DNA of 64,000 bases from Spirochaetota bacterium (GTDB lineage: Bacteria > Spirochaetota > UBA4802 > UBA5550): contig OY760686.1 of the NCBI GenBank assembly GCA_963663865.1, forward strand, positions 2,752,001-2,816,000, written 5' to 3'. Position 1 is the first letter of the stretch. Each line of letters opens with the position of its first letter. Below the pieces are notes generated by a model. It was given only the letters and a program-made list of their open reading frames with translations. It searched no databases and had not been told where the DNA came from. Made by a program: the position numbers and the translations under genes. Positions 1 through 9,554 of this stretch are shown here, piece by piece.

Positions 1-2
1 TT

Positions 3-953
3 TCTTACAAGTATCAGAGACAGTCCCGGATTTTCATTGTCAGGCCTGTATCTATGCCAGGCGTCGCCACCGGTCAGGTCAGCGAGTTCGCCGAGTCCGT
101 CAGGACATATCTGGCATCTGAATGTTCTGTACTTCTGAAGATACTTCCAGCTCTCCAGGTAGGGCATGAAGGCGGCAATATTGCCTGACATATCCCTGAC
201 GCTGAACCCGCCGGGCCAGCCGTCTCCCCGGTAACGCAGAGATGAAACCTCTGAAGGATTCGCCCCAAGAGACTTCATAAGACTTAGCGTCCCCTCGGTT
301 GAGGGAGTTCCAGCACACATGAACGACAGTACAAGCCCGAGTTTCATATCAAGGGCCGGACGTCTTTTCCGTAAGGCCTGAACCGCCGATACATCGCATG
401 GCCTCCCGATAAAAACGCATGGCCGGCTGCTCTCTTCAATAACTCTGAGAAGCTCACATACTGATGAAGTCTGGTACCGCGATCCGCTGTTTGCCGCCAG
501 CTCCTCTCTGTTTCTGCTTATTATTGTCCTGTTCAGCCATGGCCTCTCCGGATCCATGCCCACGTGAAGAACAGCCTCCATATTTTCCTTTTCGATGCAG
601 TATAGAGCCATAGCGGTAATTATTCCGCCGGATGAGGCCCGCCTCCTCAGCTCAGGGTCTGCCGCGTTCCCCTGCCATACAGAAAGCAATGGACCTGCCA
701 GCATCCCGTTAACATCCGCGTGTTTATATTTGTCGGGTACGATTCGTCCTTCCCCGCAGCTGCTCCCCGGACAGAACGACATACAGCTGTCTCCGCATTC
801 GCGGCAGATACTACGGTCAAAGACCGGCCTTATACCGATATCGTCGTAGTTTTTCAACTCAACCGCCCCGTCCGGGCAATGGAAAGCACAGGCCCCGCAC
901 CCGGTGCAAAGGCCCCAGTCAACAATATCGAATATGTGTCTCGCGCGGAACAT
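3..953 (-). CDS. Coenzyme F420 hydrogenase/dehydrogenase beta-subunit (FrhB/FdhB)-like 4Fe-4S protein, runs off the window start
   Basis: Not in the ORF track (no stop in window). Hand translation from ATG 953 (GAGG upstream) gives MFRARHIFDIVDWGLCTGCGACAFHCP...CRECGDSCMSFCPG, then ASSGGIITA, GSRY, FIGRPCDV and RCQICPDGLGELADLTGGDAW, all FrhB-family motifs. Confidence 0.85.
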   Translation of the reverse strand, partial: MFRARHIFDIVDWGLCTGCGACAFHCPDGAVELKNYDDIGIRPVFDRSICRECGDSCMSFCPGSSCGEGRIVPDKYKHADVNGMLAGPLLSVWQGNAADPELRRRASSGGIITAMALYCIEKENMEAVLHVGMDPERPWLNRTIISRNREELAANSGSRYQTSSVCELLRVIEESSRPCVFIGRPCDVSAVQALRKRRPALDMKLGLVLSFMCAGTPSTEGTLSLMKSLGANPSEVSSLRYRGDGWPGGFSVRDMSGNIAAFMPYLESWKYLQKYRTFRCQICPDGLGELADLTGGDAWHRYRPDNENPGLSLILVR

Positions 954-969
954 CCTCAACTTAACCGAT

Positions 970-2292
970 CTAATCCTGCAGTGAAGCGGTGCACTTCATG
1001 GCATTCCGCTTCATCTCAGGGATTTTTTTACGTAGTTGGACCGAAATTGCCCGTCTGTTTTTAAAACAGTCACTTATCTTCTGCAGAATCATTTCCTGTG
1101 AATCACTGCGGAGATCGGCGACGTATTCTCCCAAACCAAGCTTTTCGGTTATTCCCGCAAACTTATAGCTGTAAGCTTGTGGGACTGTAGGGATATTCGA
1201 GGAGAGACTGCCGATACAGGCATGCATTCGGGCCCCGGTGAAAAAGGACAGCCTCCCGAGAATATACTTTATCTGCGGGGCCGTGTAACCGCCCTTAAGG
1301 ATGAACATTCTGCCCTTGAAGCCCTCTTTCTCAAGCTTGTCCATAATATCCCTGTTCGCAGGCAAATCCTGATCGGTGACATGTGAGATAAAAACTACCT
1401 TTATCCGCCTGTCCAACTTGAGAAGATGCCTGACTATGGCCTCCGACAGCGATGGATAGTCAGATCCGGAGGCAACCAGTCCGCTGCCCGAGCCGCCCCG
1501 ATAGAGAAAACCGCTGACATTGACTCCTGCGAGCAGTGCCCCTTCCGCGAACCTGTCAAGCCCAGGGCTTTTAACCTTCTCAGGTTCCATCAGGAAAGCC
1601 ATATCACAGGCATCCTCGATATTGCCGGTTTCTCCAAACCGTTCTCTAATATGCTTACGGCTCATCTCCTCGCGCACGTACACCCGGTCAGCCCCCGATA
1701 TAACCCGGCGGGCCAGAAATTTCGCGCAGGTTCCGTTAAAAGGCCCAATTGTCTGCGGGAAAATAACAGTCTTCCTTTTATACGATATGCAAATAAGCTT
1801 ATCCAGACAATGCCTTAAAAAGACATGAATTCCATAAATGTCGCTGAAGCTGTCTCCCTCAGCGAGGTTTATAAGGATGTCACAGGTTGTGAGCTTATTC
1901 AAGGTTTTTCCGCTGTGCTCAACCCTTTTCTTCCTCCAGGACGGGCGCAGAAGGAATAAGGGGAGATAATAGACCGGGAGCATTCGTACGAAAAGAAACC
2001 TTTTAAAGGCGCCTGGAAGAAAAAAGAAGACACTGTGAAGCAAGCCGCAAATAATGTACTTGCTGCTCCAAACATGGTTTTCGCATATTCGCAGCCTTTT
2101 CCCCGCGATCTGAATCAGATGCTCTTCTTTGTAATCCTCGTAAGAATTCTGGTTGAACAGCTCAATATGCGCCCCGGGAAGAGCCTCGAGCACTGCAGTG
2201 ACCGCGCCGATTGTCAGGGCATTTATGCCGAGATTAGTACTCGATAATGAAGCGCCTGTCAAAAGTACCTTTCTTTGACCATTGATGGACAT
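970..2292 (-). CDS. Polysaccharide pyruvyl transferase family protein (WcaK-like)
   Basis: NLG..AL N-terminus, GDSFSDIYG, PQTIGPF, VREEMS, DMAF, GARMHACI, YSYK motifs. Confidence 0.85.
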   Translation of the reverse strand: MSINGQRKVLLTGASLSSTNLGINALTIGAVTAVLEALPGAHIELFNQNSYEDYKEEHLIQIAGKRLRICENHVWSSKYIICGLLHSVFFFLPGAFKRFLFVRMLPVYYLPLFLLRPSWRKKRVEHSGKTLNKLTTCDILINLAEGDSFSDIYGIHVFLRHCLDKLICISYKRKTVIFPQTIGPFNGTCAKFLARRVISGADRVYVREEMSRKHIRERFGETGNIEDACDMAFLMEPEKVKSPGLDRFAEGALLAGVNVSGFLYRGGSGSGLVASGSDYPSLSEAIVRHLLKLDRRIKVVFISHVTDQDLPANRDIMDKLEKEGFKGRMFILKGGYTAPQIKYILGRLSFFTGARMHACIGSLSSNIPTVPQAYSYKFAGITEKLGLGEYVADLRSDSQEMILQKISDCFKNRRAISVQLRKKIPEMKRNAMKCTASLQD

Positions 2293-2693
2293 GGAGTTAC
2301 CGTTATCTAATTATTGTGCTTAAAAGTCTTATGCTGCGCGCATGTAAAGACAGGACCTCACCGGCACCATATGCTATTATTGTCATGTGTCAAGAAAGAT
2401 ATGCTCTATTTTTTGCATGGCACCGGATATTGTCTCAATCAACTGTTAAACAACATACATATCAGGCCAGTATCATTCCTGAGAAACTGCAAAAGTCAAC
2501 TCCTTCACAACCCAATCAGAATTTTTCGAAGAGTATTATCCTTGACAATTACACTTTTATTGTTATTAATCCTAATAAACTTCCCTGACATGAGACTCCG
2601 TTTCTTTTGGTTGAATGGGCGCCTTTGTAGTTTGTCTTGATTCATGGATTTAACCTGTTTCCAGTTTTTATAATCTTGATTAAGTGAGCGACT

Positions 2694-3653
2694 ATGAGGT
2701 TAACCGCAGCACTATCCCTTGACATGGACAACCAGTGGTCTTACATGAAAACCCATGGAGATTCTGGCTGGGAGTCCTATCCCTCGTACTATGACGTCCT
2801 CGTACCATCATCTCTGGAGCTGCTGGACAGACTCGGCGTCAAAATCACCTACTTCGTAGTCGGACGCGACGCTGTCGACAGGAAAAATGCGGCCTTTCTG
2901 AAAATGATAACTGACAACGGCCACGATGTAGGCAATCATTCATTCAACCACGAGCCATGGCTTCACCTGTATTCCAAAGAAAAAATCTCTGATGAAATCT
3001 CTCAGACAGACAAAGCTATAAAAAAAGCCTCCGGACGGAAACCTTCCGGATTCAGGGGCCCCGGATTTTCATGGAGCCGCGATCTTCTCGATGTTTTAAG
3101 CGGCATGGACTACGCTTACGACGCCTCCACCCTCCCGACATGGATTGGGCCGCTTGCCAGAGCCTACTATTTCAAATCGACCTCGTTCTCCGGGGAAGAA
3201 AAGGAACAGAGAAAAAAGCTTTTCGGCGGATTTTCAGACGGATTTCGAAGGAACAAACCCTATAGATGGGACCTGGGCAGCGGGAAGAGTATTCTTGAGA
3301 TTCCTGTTACCACCATGCCGGTAATGAGAATCCCATTTCACCTGAGTTACCTTCTCTATGTGTACAGACTCTCCCCCGGGCTGATGCGCATGTATCTTAA
3401 GACGGCCTGCAACCTCTGCCGTGCTGCCGGTTTTGGGCCCAGCTTTCTGCTGCATCCATTAGACATTATCAGCGGCGATGCCGTCCCTTCGCTATCATTC
3501 TTCCCCGGCATGGATATCCGCACAGAAGAGAAGTCAGCGGTATTTCTGGATGTAATAAAGATACTGTCTGAGCACTTTGAACTGCTTCCTATGGACCTCT
3601 ATTCCGCCGGGCTATCACCGAGGAAGCTGGCAACAAAACGGCCGGGAGTTTAG
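2694..3653 (+). CDS. Polysaccharide deacetylase (NodB/CE4 family)
   Basis: Intact CE4 motifs SLDMD, ITYFVVG, HDVGNHSFNH, GFRGPG, LLHPLD. Confidence 0.88.
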   Translation: MRLTAALSLDMDNQWSYMKTHGDSGWESYPSYYDVLVPSSLELLDRLGVKITYFVVGRDAVDRKNAAFLKMITDNGHDVGNHSFNHEPWLHLYSKEKISDEISQTDKAIKKASGRKPSGFRGPGFSWSRDLLDVLSGMDYAYDASTLPTWIGPLARAYYFKSTSFSGEEKEQRKKLFGGFSDGFRRNKPYRWDLGSGKSILEIPVTTMPVMRIPFHLSYLLYVYRLSPGLMRMYLKTACNLCRAAGFGPSFLLHPLDIISGDAVPSLSFFPGMDIRTEEKSAVFLDVIKILSEHFELLPMDLYSAGLSPRKLATKRPGV

Positions 3654-3657
3654 GAAT

Positions 3658-5331
3658 ATGCCTTTGAATAAAAATATACTTACGATTCAGCTGCAGGACT
3701 ATTTTCATCACCGGCTTTACAAGAGAGTTATCGGAGAAAGCCAGTGGAGCCGCTTTGAAAGCCGTCTGGACAAGAATGTTGATGAGCTGCTGAAGCTTCT
3801 TGACTCATACGGCGTCAAGGCTACATTCTTTACTCTCGGATGGATTGCTGACAAGAACCCTGCCCTCATCAGGAAAATCGTAAAAAGGGGACACGAGATA
3901 GCGAGCGCCGGTTATTACGGGAAATGCCCCGGTGAAGTAACACCTGAACAATTCAGAGAGGACATAGACAGAGCGAAGGAATCACTCGAACGAGCCGGGT
4001 CTAACCGGATAGTCGGATACAGAAGCATTGCCTGCTCTATCAGAGAAAAGGACCTGTGGGTGCTGGACATACTGGCCCAACAGGGATATCAGTACGATTC
4101 AAGCCTGATGCCCGGACCTTCAATTACGCCTTCAGGAAAAATCAAACGCTTCGTTCATGAATACAAATTTGGGAAAACACGCATCATGGAGCTGCCTCTT
4201 TCAGTATGGCCGGTTTTAGGCTTCAGCTTTCCGATAGGCGGAGGCAATTATTTCAGGCAGTTCCCTCACAGGCTGATGTTCAGGCTTTTTAAAAGATGGA
4301 TTTCCAGGCACAAATCACCCTTCATGCTCTACCTGCATCCATGGGAGCTTGACAGCCTTCTTCCCGACATAACAGCTTTTGATACGATTTCCAGGATCAG
4401 GCAATATCGCAACCTGGGCAAAATTAAGCAGATTCTTCCTGAATATCTGAAGGAAGGCAACTTCACCAGCATAAGCGGATATCTAGGGATTAAGCCCGGC
4501 AAACCGGCTGTTCTAAGAAAAAGTACACGTACGTCGATAAAGCCTGCAAAAAAGCAAAACTCTTCCGGCTTAATCGCGGCAACAGTAGTAATACCATGCT
4601 TCAATGAAACAGCATCAATCCCCTTTCTGCAGAAATCTCTGGAAGAGCTTGAGGCAGAAGCATGCGACATCTATAGATTTAACTTCATATTCGTTGACGA
4701 CCGCAGCACTGACGACACATACAGCGTCCTTCAGAAAACCTTCAGCAATAAAACCAGGCACCGTGTTATACAGCACAGCCGTAATATGGGTGTTGCCGGC
4801 GCCATCAGAACAGGGCTTATTGAGGCAAAGACCGAGATAGTCTGCTCTATCGATGCGGACTGCTCGTACGACCCGTTAGCCCTCATCAGAATGATATCAT
4901 ACCTCGAAGAAGGCGTTGATCTCGTAACGGCATCGCCCTATCACCCGGAGGGTTCTGTTTTTGCGGTACCGGCGTGGAGGCTTTTCCTTTCAAGGTCGCT
5001 TTCAGGAATATACCATTTTCTCCTGAAGCATAAGTTCTACACCTACACGTCATGCTTCAGGGTTTACAGAAAAAGCCGTGTCATCGACTACCTCAACAGC
5101 TATGACGATTTCCGGGGAATAGTTGAGCTTATAGCAAAGCTCGACATCAACGGATTGACTCTGCGCGAATTCCCGACAACGCTGCAATCCAGGATATTCG
5201 GCTACTCTAAAATGAAAACATTCAAGACAATCATTAGGCATATCAACCTGCTCAGAATCATATCGAAATATAAAAAGAATGTCCTCAGGACAAGAGCCGA
5301 GTCACTGTTGCGCTCTGCCAATACCATGTAA
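3658..5331 (+). CDS. Fusion of a DUF3473/XrtA-type polysaccharide deacetylase domain and a GT2 (polyprenol-phosphate glycosyltransferase-like) domain
   Basis: Start moved to ATG 3658 (AGGA upstream). N-half: KATFFTLGW, PIGGGNYFR, YLHPWELD. C-half: VVIPCFNE, FVDDRSTD, IDADCSY, VTASPYHP. Confidence 0.85.
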   Translation: MPLNKNILTIQLQDYFHHRLYKRVIGESQWSRFESRLDKNVDELLKLLDSYGVKATFFTLGWIADKNPALIRKIVKRGHEIASAGYYGKCPGEVTPEQFREDIDRAKESLERAGSNRIVGYRSIACSIREKDLWVLDILAQQGYQYDSSLMPGPSITPSGKIKRFVHEYKFGKTRIMELPLSVWPVLGFSFPIGGGNYFRQFPHRLMFRLFKRWISRHKSPFMLYLHPWELDSLLPDITAFDTISRIRQYRNLGKIKQILPEYLKEGNFTSISGYLGIKPGKPAVLRKSTRTSIKPAKKQNSSGLIAATVVIPCFNETASIPFLQKSLEELEAEACDIYRFNFIFVDDRSTDDTYSVLQKTFSNKTRHRVIQHSRNMGVAGAIRTGLIEAKTEIVCSIDADCSYDPLALIRMISYLEEGVDLVTASPYHPEGSVFAVPAWRLFLSRSLSGIYHFLLKHKFYTYTSCFRVYRKSRVIDYLNSYDDFRGIVELIAKLDINGLTLREFPTTLQSRIFGYSKMKTFKTIIRHINLLRIISKYKKNVLRTRAESLLRSANTM

Positions 5332-5346
5332 ATTCGGAGAGATAGT

Positions 5347-5712
5347 GTGATTAAATACTACGTCTCACTTGGAACATCGATTCTATGCAACTGCGCGAGC
5401 CTCATTCTCCTCAAAAAGGGGCTCTCTACAATGCCCGATTTCGCAGAAAAAATCGGAAAGCTTTCATCATGGATAGAGCTTTTAACCAGCGGATATGTCA
5501 TGGCCGGAATACTGCTATTCGGTATTTCATTCATCACCTGGGTCATATCATTGACTAAAATTGACCTCAGCCTGGCATATCCTACAGTGAGCTCAACATA
5601 CATAATCGTAGCCATTGCGGGGTATTATCTTTTTAACGAACAGGTCTCAGTATGGAGATGGGCCGGCATCGGTCTAATAATGGCAGGAATAATTGTTATG
5701 TACCGGAAGTAG
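5347..5712 (+). CDS. SMR/EamA-family small membrane protein, ArnE/ArnF-like flippase subunit
   Basis: 121 aa, about 4 TM helices, DLSLAYP and LFNEQVS..RWAGIGLIMAG signature. Confidence 0.8.
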   Translation: MIKYYVSLGTSILCNCASLILLKKGLSTMPDFAEKIGKLSSWIELLTSGYVMAGILLFGISFITWVISLTKIDLSLAYPTVSSTYIIVAIAGYYLFNEQVSVWRWAGIGLIMAGIIVMYRK

Positions 5713-5829
5713 TCCCGTAAACTATATATACTGCCCTATTCAAGCAGAATATTTCCAGAAACGCCCCTGGCTCACAGTAATGCCAGGTCACGCAGCACAT
5801 CCTGACAGGAGGCCAAACCCAGCGCCGAG

Positions 5830-7647
5830 ATGAAATCCATCAAGTGCTTGAATAAATCCCTGCCCCGGCCGGGCACGGCCCTGTCTACCGCCGCTATCAT
5901 AGTATGTGCTGCGGTGTTGATCCTTTCAAGGCTGCTCAATCCCGGAGCTGATCCACCGGTCTGGGCGGCCTCTCCGTGGATTTCAGACAGCGGCTGGTGG
6001 TCTGCCTCGGCACGAAGTTCAGTCATCGCGGGAAGCTATATGCAGGGAGATTTCGGGATGCCGCTTATCATCGCTCCGCTGTACACTCTTCTCCTTGAGC
6101 TTGTTTTCCGCGCAGCGTCGGTGACACAGTCTGCTTCAAACCTTCTCTCCGGATTCGCTCAGGCCGTAACGGCTGCTGTTGCGTCATACACTGTTTTCAG
6201 GCTCTCCGGAATAAAAGCCGGGGCCGCCGCACTAATAATGCTCAGCATCTGCCCTTTGTTCGCGGCATACTCGAAGGTCTCATTTCCCGAATCGCTTCAG
6301 GTAATGTTTCTAACAATATCTATATCACTCATGATTACCGGCCGCCCTGGAAATATAAGGCTGATATTTTCGGGCATTGTTTTAACATGCGCGGTTTTAG
6401 TTAAATTAAATAGTCTGGTTTACATCCTTGTGCCTCACAGCGCCGCTGTAATCACCGCATACATTAAGGGCAGAAACAGCAGTGAATCGCAAAGGCTTTT
6501 CCCGTCGCTAAAAAATGCCGCCCTGCCCGCCGCGTCCTGCGCTCTGTCCACATGTGTTGTTCTGATCGCAATGCTCGCGACTTTTGGAGGAACACTTGCT
6601 GCGCTTCTGTCTTCAGAATCAGGTACTGCCTCGGGACTTAAGGACATGGCTATCCATGCGGGTGCTTCACTGACATCGCAGCTCCTCGTCGACAATGAGG
6701 TAATCCCCGTCATCTGGACTCCATTCAAGTTTTCGCCTCTGATTCTTCTTGGCGGGTGGATACTTCTGATCCTAAGGGCATCCGGCTCAAAGCTGGAAAA
6801 CATTTTAACATTTCATGGCACATGGTGCATAACTTTTCTGCTGATATTCTTCACGGGAGGCTATCAGAATGACTACAGACTCATAACCCTGCTGCCAGTT
6901 CTTGCTCCCTGTTCAGCCGCCCTTTTCCCCCGTCTCGTTAGCAGCTTCAAGTCAGGGCTTTCTATGGTCCCGGGGGGGGATATAGCTCTCCGGAGAAGCT
7001 ATTGCCTGTGGTGTATTATCCTGCTTCCGGCGGTTATCACTGTGAAACCAGCCGCTGTATCGTTTCTTGTTGAGCTGTCACAGACTGTCAGCATCGGATC
7101 AAATCCCGGAATAAGCGCCGGCAGTGCCGGATATATATTCTTTGCGTGTTTTTTTATAATGGTCCTTCCTCTTTCAGCAGCCAGAAAGACGCTGCACATA
7201 CTTCTTTCTTTCATTCTCACGCGCGCTGTCATTCCTTTGTCGGTTCTGCTACTTTTCTATGAACTCGGCATTACAACATATCAGACAGTAACACCGGAAT
7301 ACACTCTTAAAAAAGCCCAGAGCTTCGCTGCCCGCATATCTGAAGGCCGCAGCGCCGGCGGCAGGTTCTCGGCGACGCTTTTTCTTGAATCAACAGGCAA
7401 TGTAATTCGAAGGTCTTCACCTTCTGAATCTCCCGACAGAGAAAATTTCGCTTCATTCGTTGACATGGCTCCGGAATTCCTTGTATATCCGGACATTGTA
7501 AACCATTCCCCGTATCCACCTGCCGCGATACCTGAAGGCTATTTCAAGGCCGAATCACTTGCGGTGGGTCCGTTCGCAGAACAGGTGCCAAGATTCAACA
7601 TAGTTATATATCGAAGGAGTCCGAGCCATGACAAAAAAAAGCAATAG
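5830..7647 (+). CDS. Polytopic GT-C (ArnT/PMT-like) glycosyltransferase
   Basis: About 12 hydrophobic segments; WISDSGWW..SAR loop after TM1, APLYTLL, PESL, VLVK; soluble C-terminal domain. Confidence 0.6.
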   Translation: MKSIKCLNKSLPRPGTALSTAAIIVCAAVLILSRLLNPGADPPVWAASPWISDSGWWSASARSSVIAGSYMQGDFGMPLIIAPLYTLLLELVFRAASVTQSASNLLSGFAQAVTAAVASYTVFRLSGIKAGAAALIMLSICPLFAAYSKVSFPESLQVMFLTISISLMITGRPGNIRLIFSGIVLTCAVLVKLNSLVYILVPHSAAVITAYIKGRNSSESQRLFPSLKNAALPAASCALSTCVVLIAMLATFGGTLAALLSSESGTASGLKDMAIHAGASLTSQLLVDNEVIPVIWTPFKFSPLILLGGWILLILRASGSKLENILTFHGTWCITFLLIFFTGGYQNDYRLITLLPVLAPCSAALFPRLVSSFKSGLSMVPGGDIALRRSYCLWCIILLPAVITVKPAAVSFLVELSQTVSIGSNPGISAGSAGYIFFACFFIMVLPLSAARKTLHILLSFILTRAVIPLSVLLLFYELGITTYQTVTPEYTLKKAQSFAARISEGRSAGGRFSATLFLESTGNVIRRSSPSESPDRENFASFVDMAPEFLVYPDIVNHSPYPPAAIPEGYFKAESLAVGPFAEQVPRFNIVIYRRSPSHDKKKQ

Positions 7648-8965
7648 AAGATTAAAACTGGCTGTCGTCGGAGGCGGCATGAGCGGTATTGCTTCAGCGA
7701 TCAGACTCGCCCGCAGCGGCCGCTTCGATGTAACTTTGATAGAAAAGGATGAACAAGTCGGAGGCCTCTGCTCATCCTTTTCATGGAAAGACATAACATG
7801 GGACAAGTTTTATCACGTTATTCTTTCAGGCGATTCGTATACAATCGGACTTCTTAAAGAGCTTGGAATAGACAGCACACTGGAATACCGCAAAACCGCC
7901 TCCGGATTTTCAAGCGAAGGCAGGCTGGCTCCAATGGGTTCAGCGATTGATTTTTTGAGGTTTCCATTCCTGAACCTCTGGCAGAAGTTCAGGCTGGGAG
8001 CCGGCATTCTATACGCCGCGGGAATAAAAGACAGCCGAAGCCTGTCCGGGGTTTCAGCCGAAGACTGGCTTAAAACAGTTTTCGGGGGCTCGGTGTACAG
8101 CAAAATTTGGACGCCGCTTCTGAGAAGCAAGCTTGGCGGGGAAGCCTCTTCGATTCAGGCTTCATTTATACTTAAAACCATTCAGCGTCTTTACGGCGCC
8201 CGTGACGCTGGCGGCGGGGTGGAAAGAATGGGACAGGTATCCGGCGGGTACAGAGCTGTGATTGATGCCTCCCTCCGCCGAATGAGGGAGCTTGGAATAA
8301 AGGTCATGACCTCAACCGAGGCCGTAAAACTCGAAAAACAGAGATCTCGACGGTTTTATATCCTCCACACAAAAAAAGGCAGGAAACTAAGCTTCGACAC
8401 CGTACTTCTCGCCCTGCCCTCACCGGTTGCGGCCCGGTTAGCCCGCGGCGTTGTTAAGCCAGCCATATTTACAAGCCTGAGAGAAACTCAGTATCTCGGC
8501 GTAACGTGCGCGGTACTTATCAGCTCGCAAAGCCTGTCTCCGTACTATGTAATTAATCTGCTCGACGAAGGCCTTCCTTTTACAGGAATCATCGAAGGCA
8601 ACAATGCCTCCCCGGAGGGCGCTTTCGGCGGCAGATACATAATCTATCTGCCGCGTTACCGATCTTCAGGCGAAAAAAAACCATCGCCGCGGCAGTACAC
8701 GGATCAATGCCTTAATGCTCTTGAAAAGATGTTTCCTCATTTTGACAGAAAGTCGGTTCTACATTCGGCGGTTTTCCACGCCGAACATGTTCAGCCGATC
8801 CAGAGAGAAACTTCTCCAATGCCCTCGGGTTATTATATACATGCAGCCGATGGCCTCTACATATCAAACTCATCAATGGTACCCGATGTTGTCACCAATG
8901 TTAATGTAGCCGTTATGACGGCTGAATCCGTAAGCAGAGCAATTGAATCTGCTTATTCAGACTGA
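7628..8965 (+). CDS. FAD-dependent oxidoreductase (amine oxidase/protoporphyrinogen oxidase-like, surface-glycan associated)
   Basis: VVGGGMSGIASA Rossmann motif, EKDEQVGGL, DKFYHVI, PFTGIIE. Confidence 0.85.
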   Translation: MTKKSNRRLKLAVVGGGMSGIASAIRLARSGRFDVTLIEKDEQVGGLCSSFSWKDITWDKFYHVILSGDSYTIGLLKELGIDSTLEYRKTASGFSSEGRLAPMGSAIDFLRFPFLNLWQKFRLGAGILYAAGIKDSRSLSGVSAEDWLKTVFGGSVYSKIWTPLLRSKLGGEASSIQASFILKTIQRLYGARDAGGGVERMGQVSGGYRAVIDASLRRMRELGIKVMTSTEAVKLEKQRSRRFYILHTKKGRKLSFDTVLLALPSPVAARLARGVVKPAIFTSLRETQYLGVTCAVLISSQSLSPYYVINLLDEGLPFTGIIEGNNASPEGAFGGRYIIYLPRYRSSGEKKPSPRQYTDQCLNALEKMFPHFDRKSVLHSAVFHAEHVQPIQRETSPMPSGYYIHAADGLYISNSSMVPDVVTNVNVAVMTAESVSRAIESAYSD

Positions 8966-8974
8966 GGAGGCCGT

Positions 8975-9553
8975 ATGACTGAATTCTATGCTCATCCCAC
9001 ATCAGAAATTTCGGAAAAGGCTGTTATAAACAGCGGCGCAAAAATCTGGAACGGTGTCCAGGTCAGAGAGGAGGCATCAATTGGATTCGGCACCATTATC
9101 GGCAAGAACTCATACATAGACATGGGGGTTAATATCGGCAATAATGTTAAGATACAAAACAATGTATCTGTCTTTCATGGCGTCACAATCAACGACGGAG
9201 TCTTTATTGGCCCTCACGTTTGCTTTACCAATGATCGCGTGCCGAGAGCAATCACTCCGGATGGGCATCTGAAGGCAGCGGACGACTGGACAGTATCAGC
9301 AACAGTTGTGGACTACGGGGCCTCCATCGGGGCTAATTCGACTATTCTTCCAGGCGTGCATATCGGGACTTTCGCGATGATAGGCGCGGGAAGCGTTGTC
9401 ACTCACGACGTCCCTCCGCACGGGCTTGTCTTCGGAAATCCGGCACGAATGCACGGTATGGTCTGCAAATGCGGATCGCGTCTGGTGCCGGAAATAAACG
9501 TTCACAGATGCCCTGTATGCGGCTTTCTGCTAAATCCAATGGAGGAAAAATGA
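8975..9553 (+). CDS. wbpD: Hexapeptide N-acetyltransferase, WbpD-like
   Basis: VKIQNNVSV, GPHVCFTND..PR, GASIGANSTI, GNPAR, C-terminal CKCG...CPVC. Confidence 0.8.
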   Translation: MTEFYAHPTSEISEKAVINSGAKIWNGVQVREEASIGFGTIIGKNSYIDMGVNIGNNVKIQNNVSVFHGVTINDGVFIGPHVCFTNDRVPRAITPDGHLKAADDWTVSATVVDYGASIGANSTILPGVHIGTFAMIGAGSVVTHDVPPHGLVFGNPARMHGMVCKCGSRLVPEINVHRCPVCGFLLNPMEEK

Positions 9554-9554
9554 A

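Noticed and set aside
2418-2434. TGGCAC as a sigma-54 -24 box
   Set aside because: The -12 position reads TG, not the required GC, at the correct spacing
2314-2640. Two short ORFs (108 and 90 aa) in the divergent gap
   Set aside because: Non-ATG starts, no SD, no family motif; AT-rich region better explained as divergent promoters
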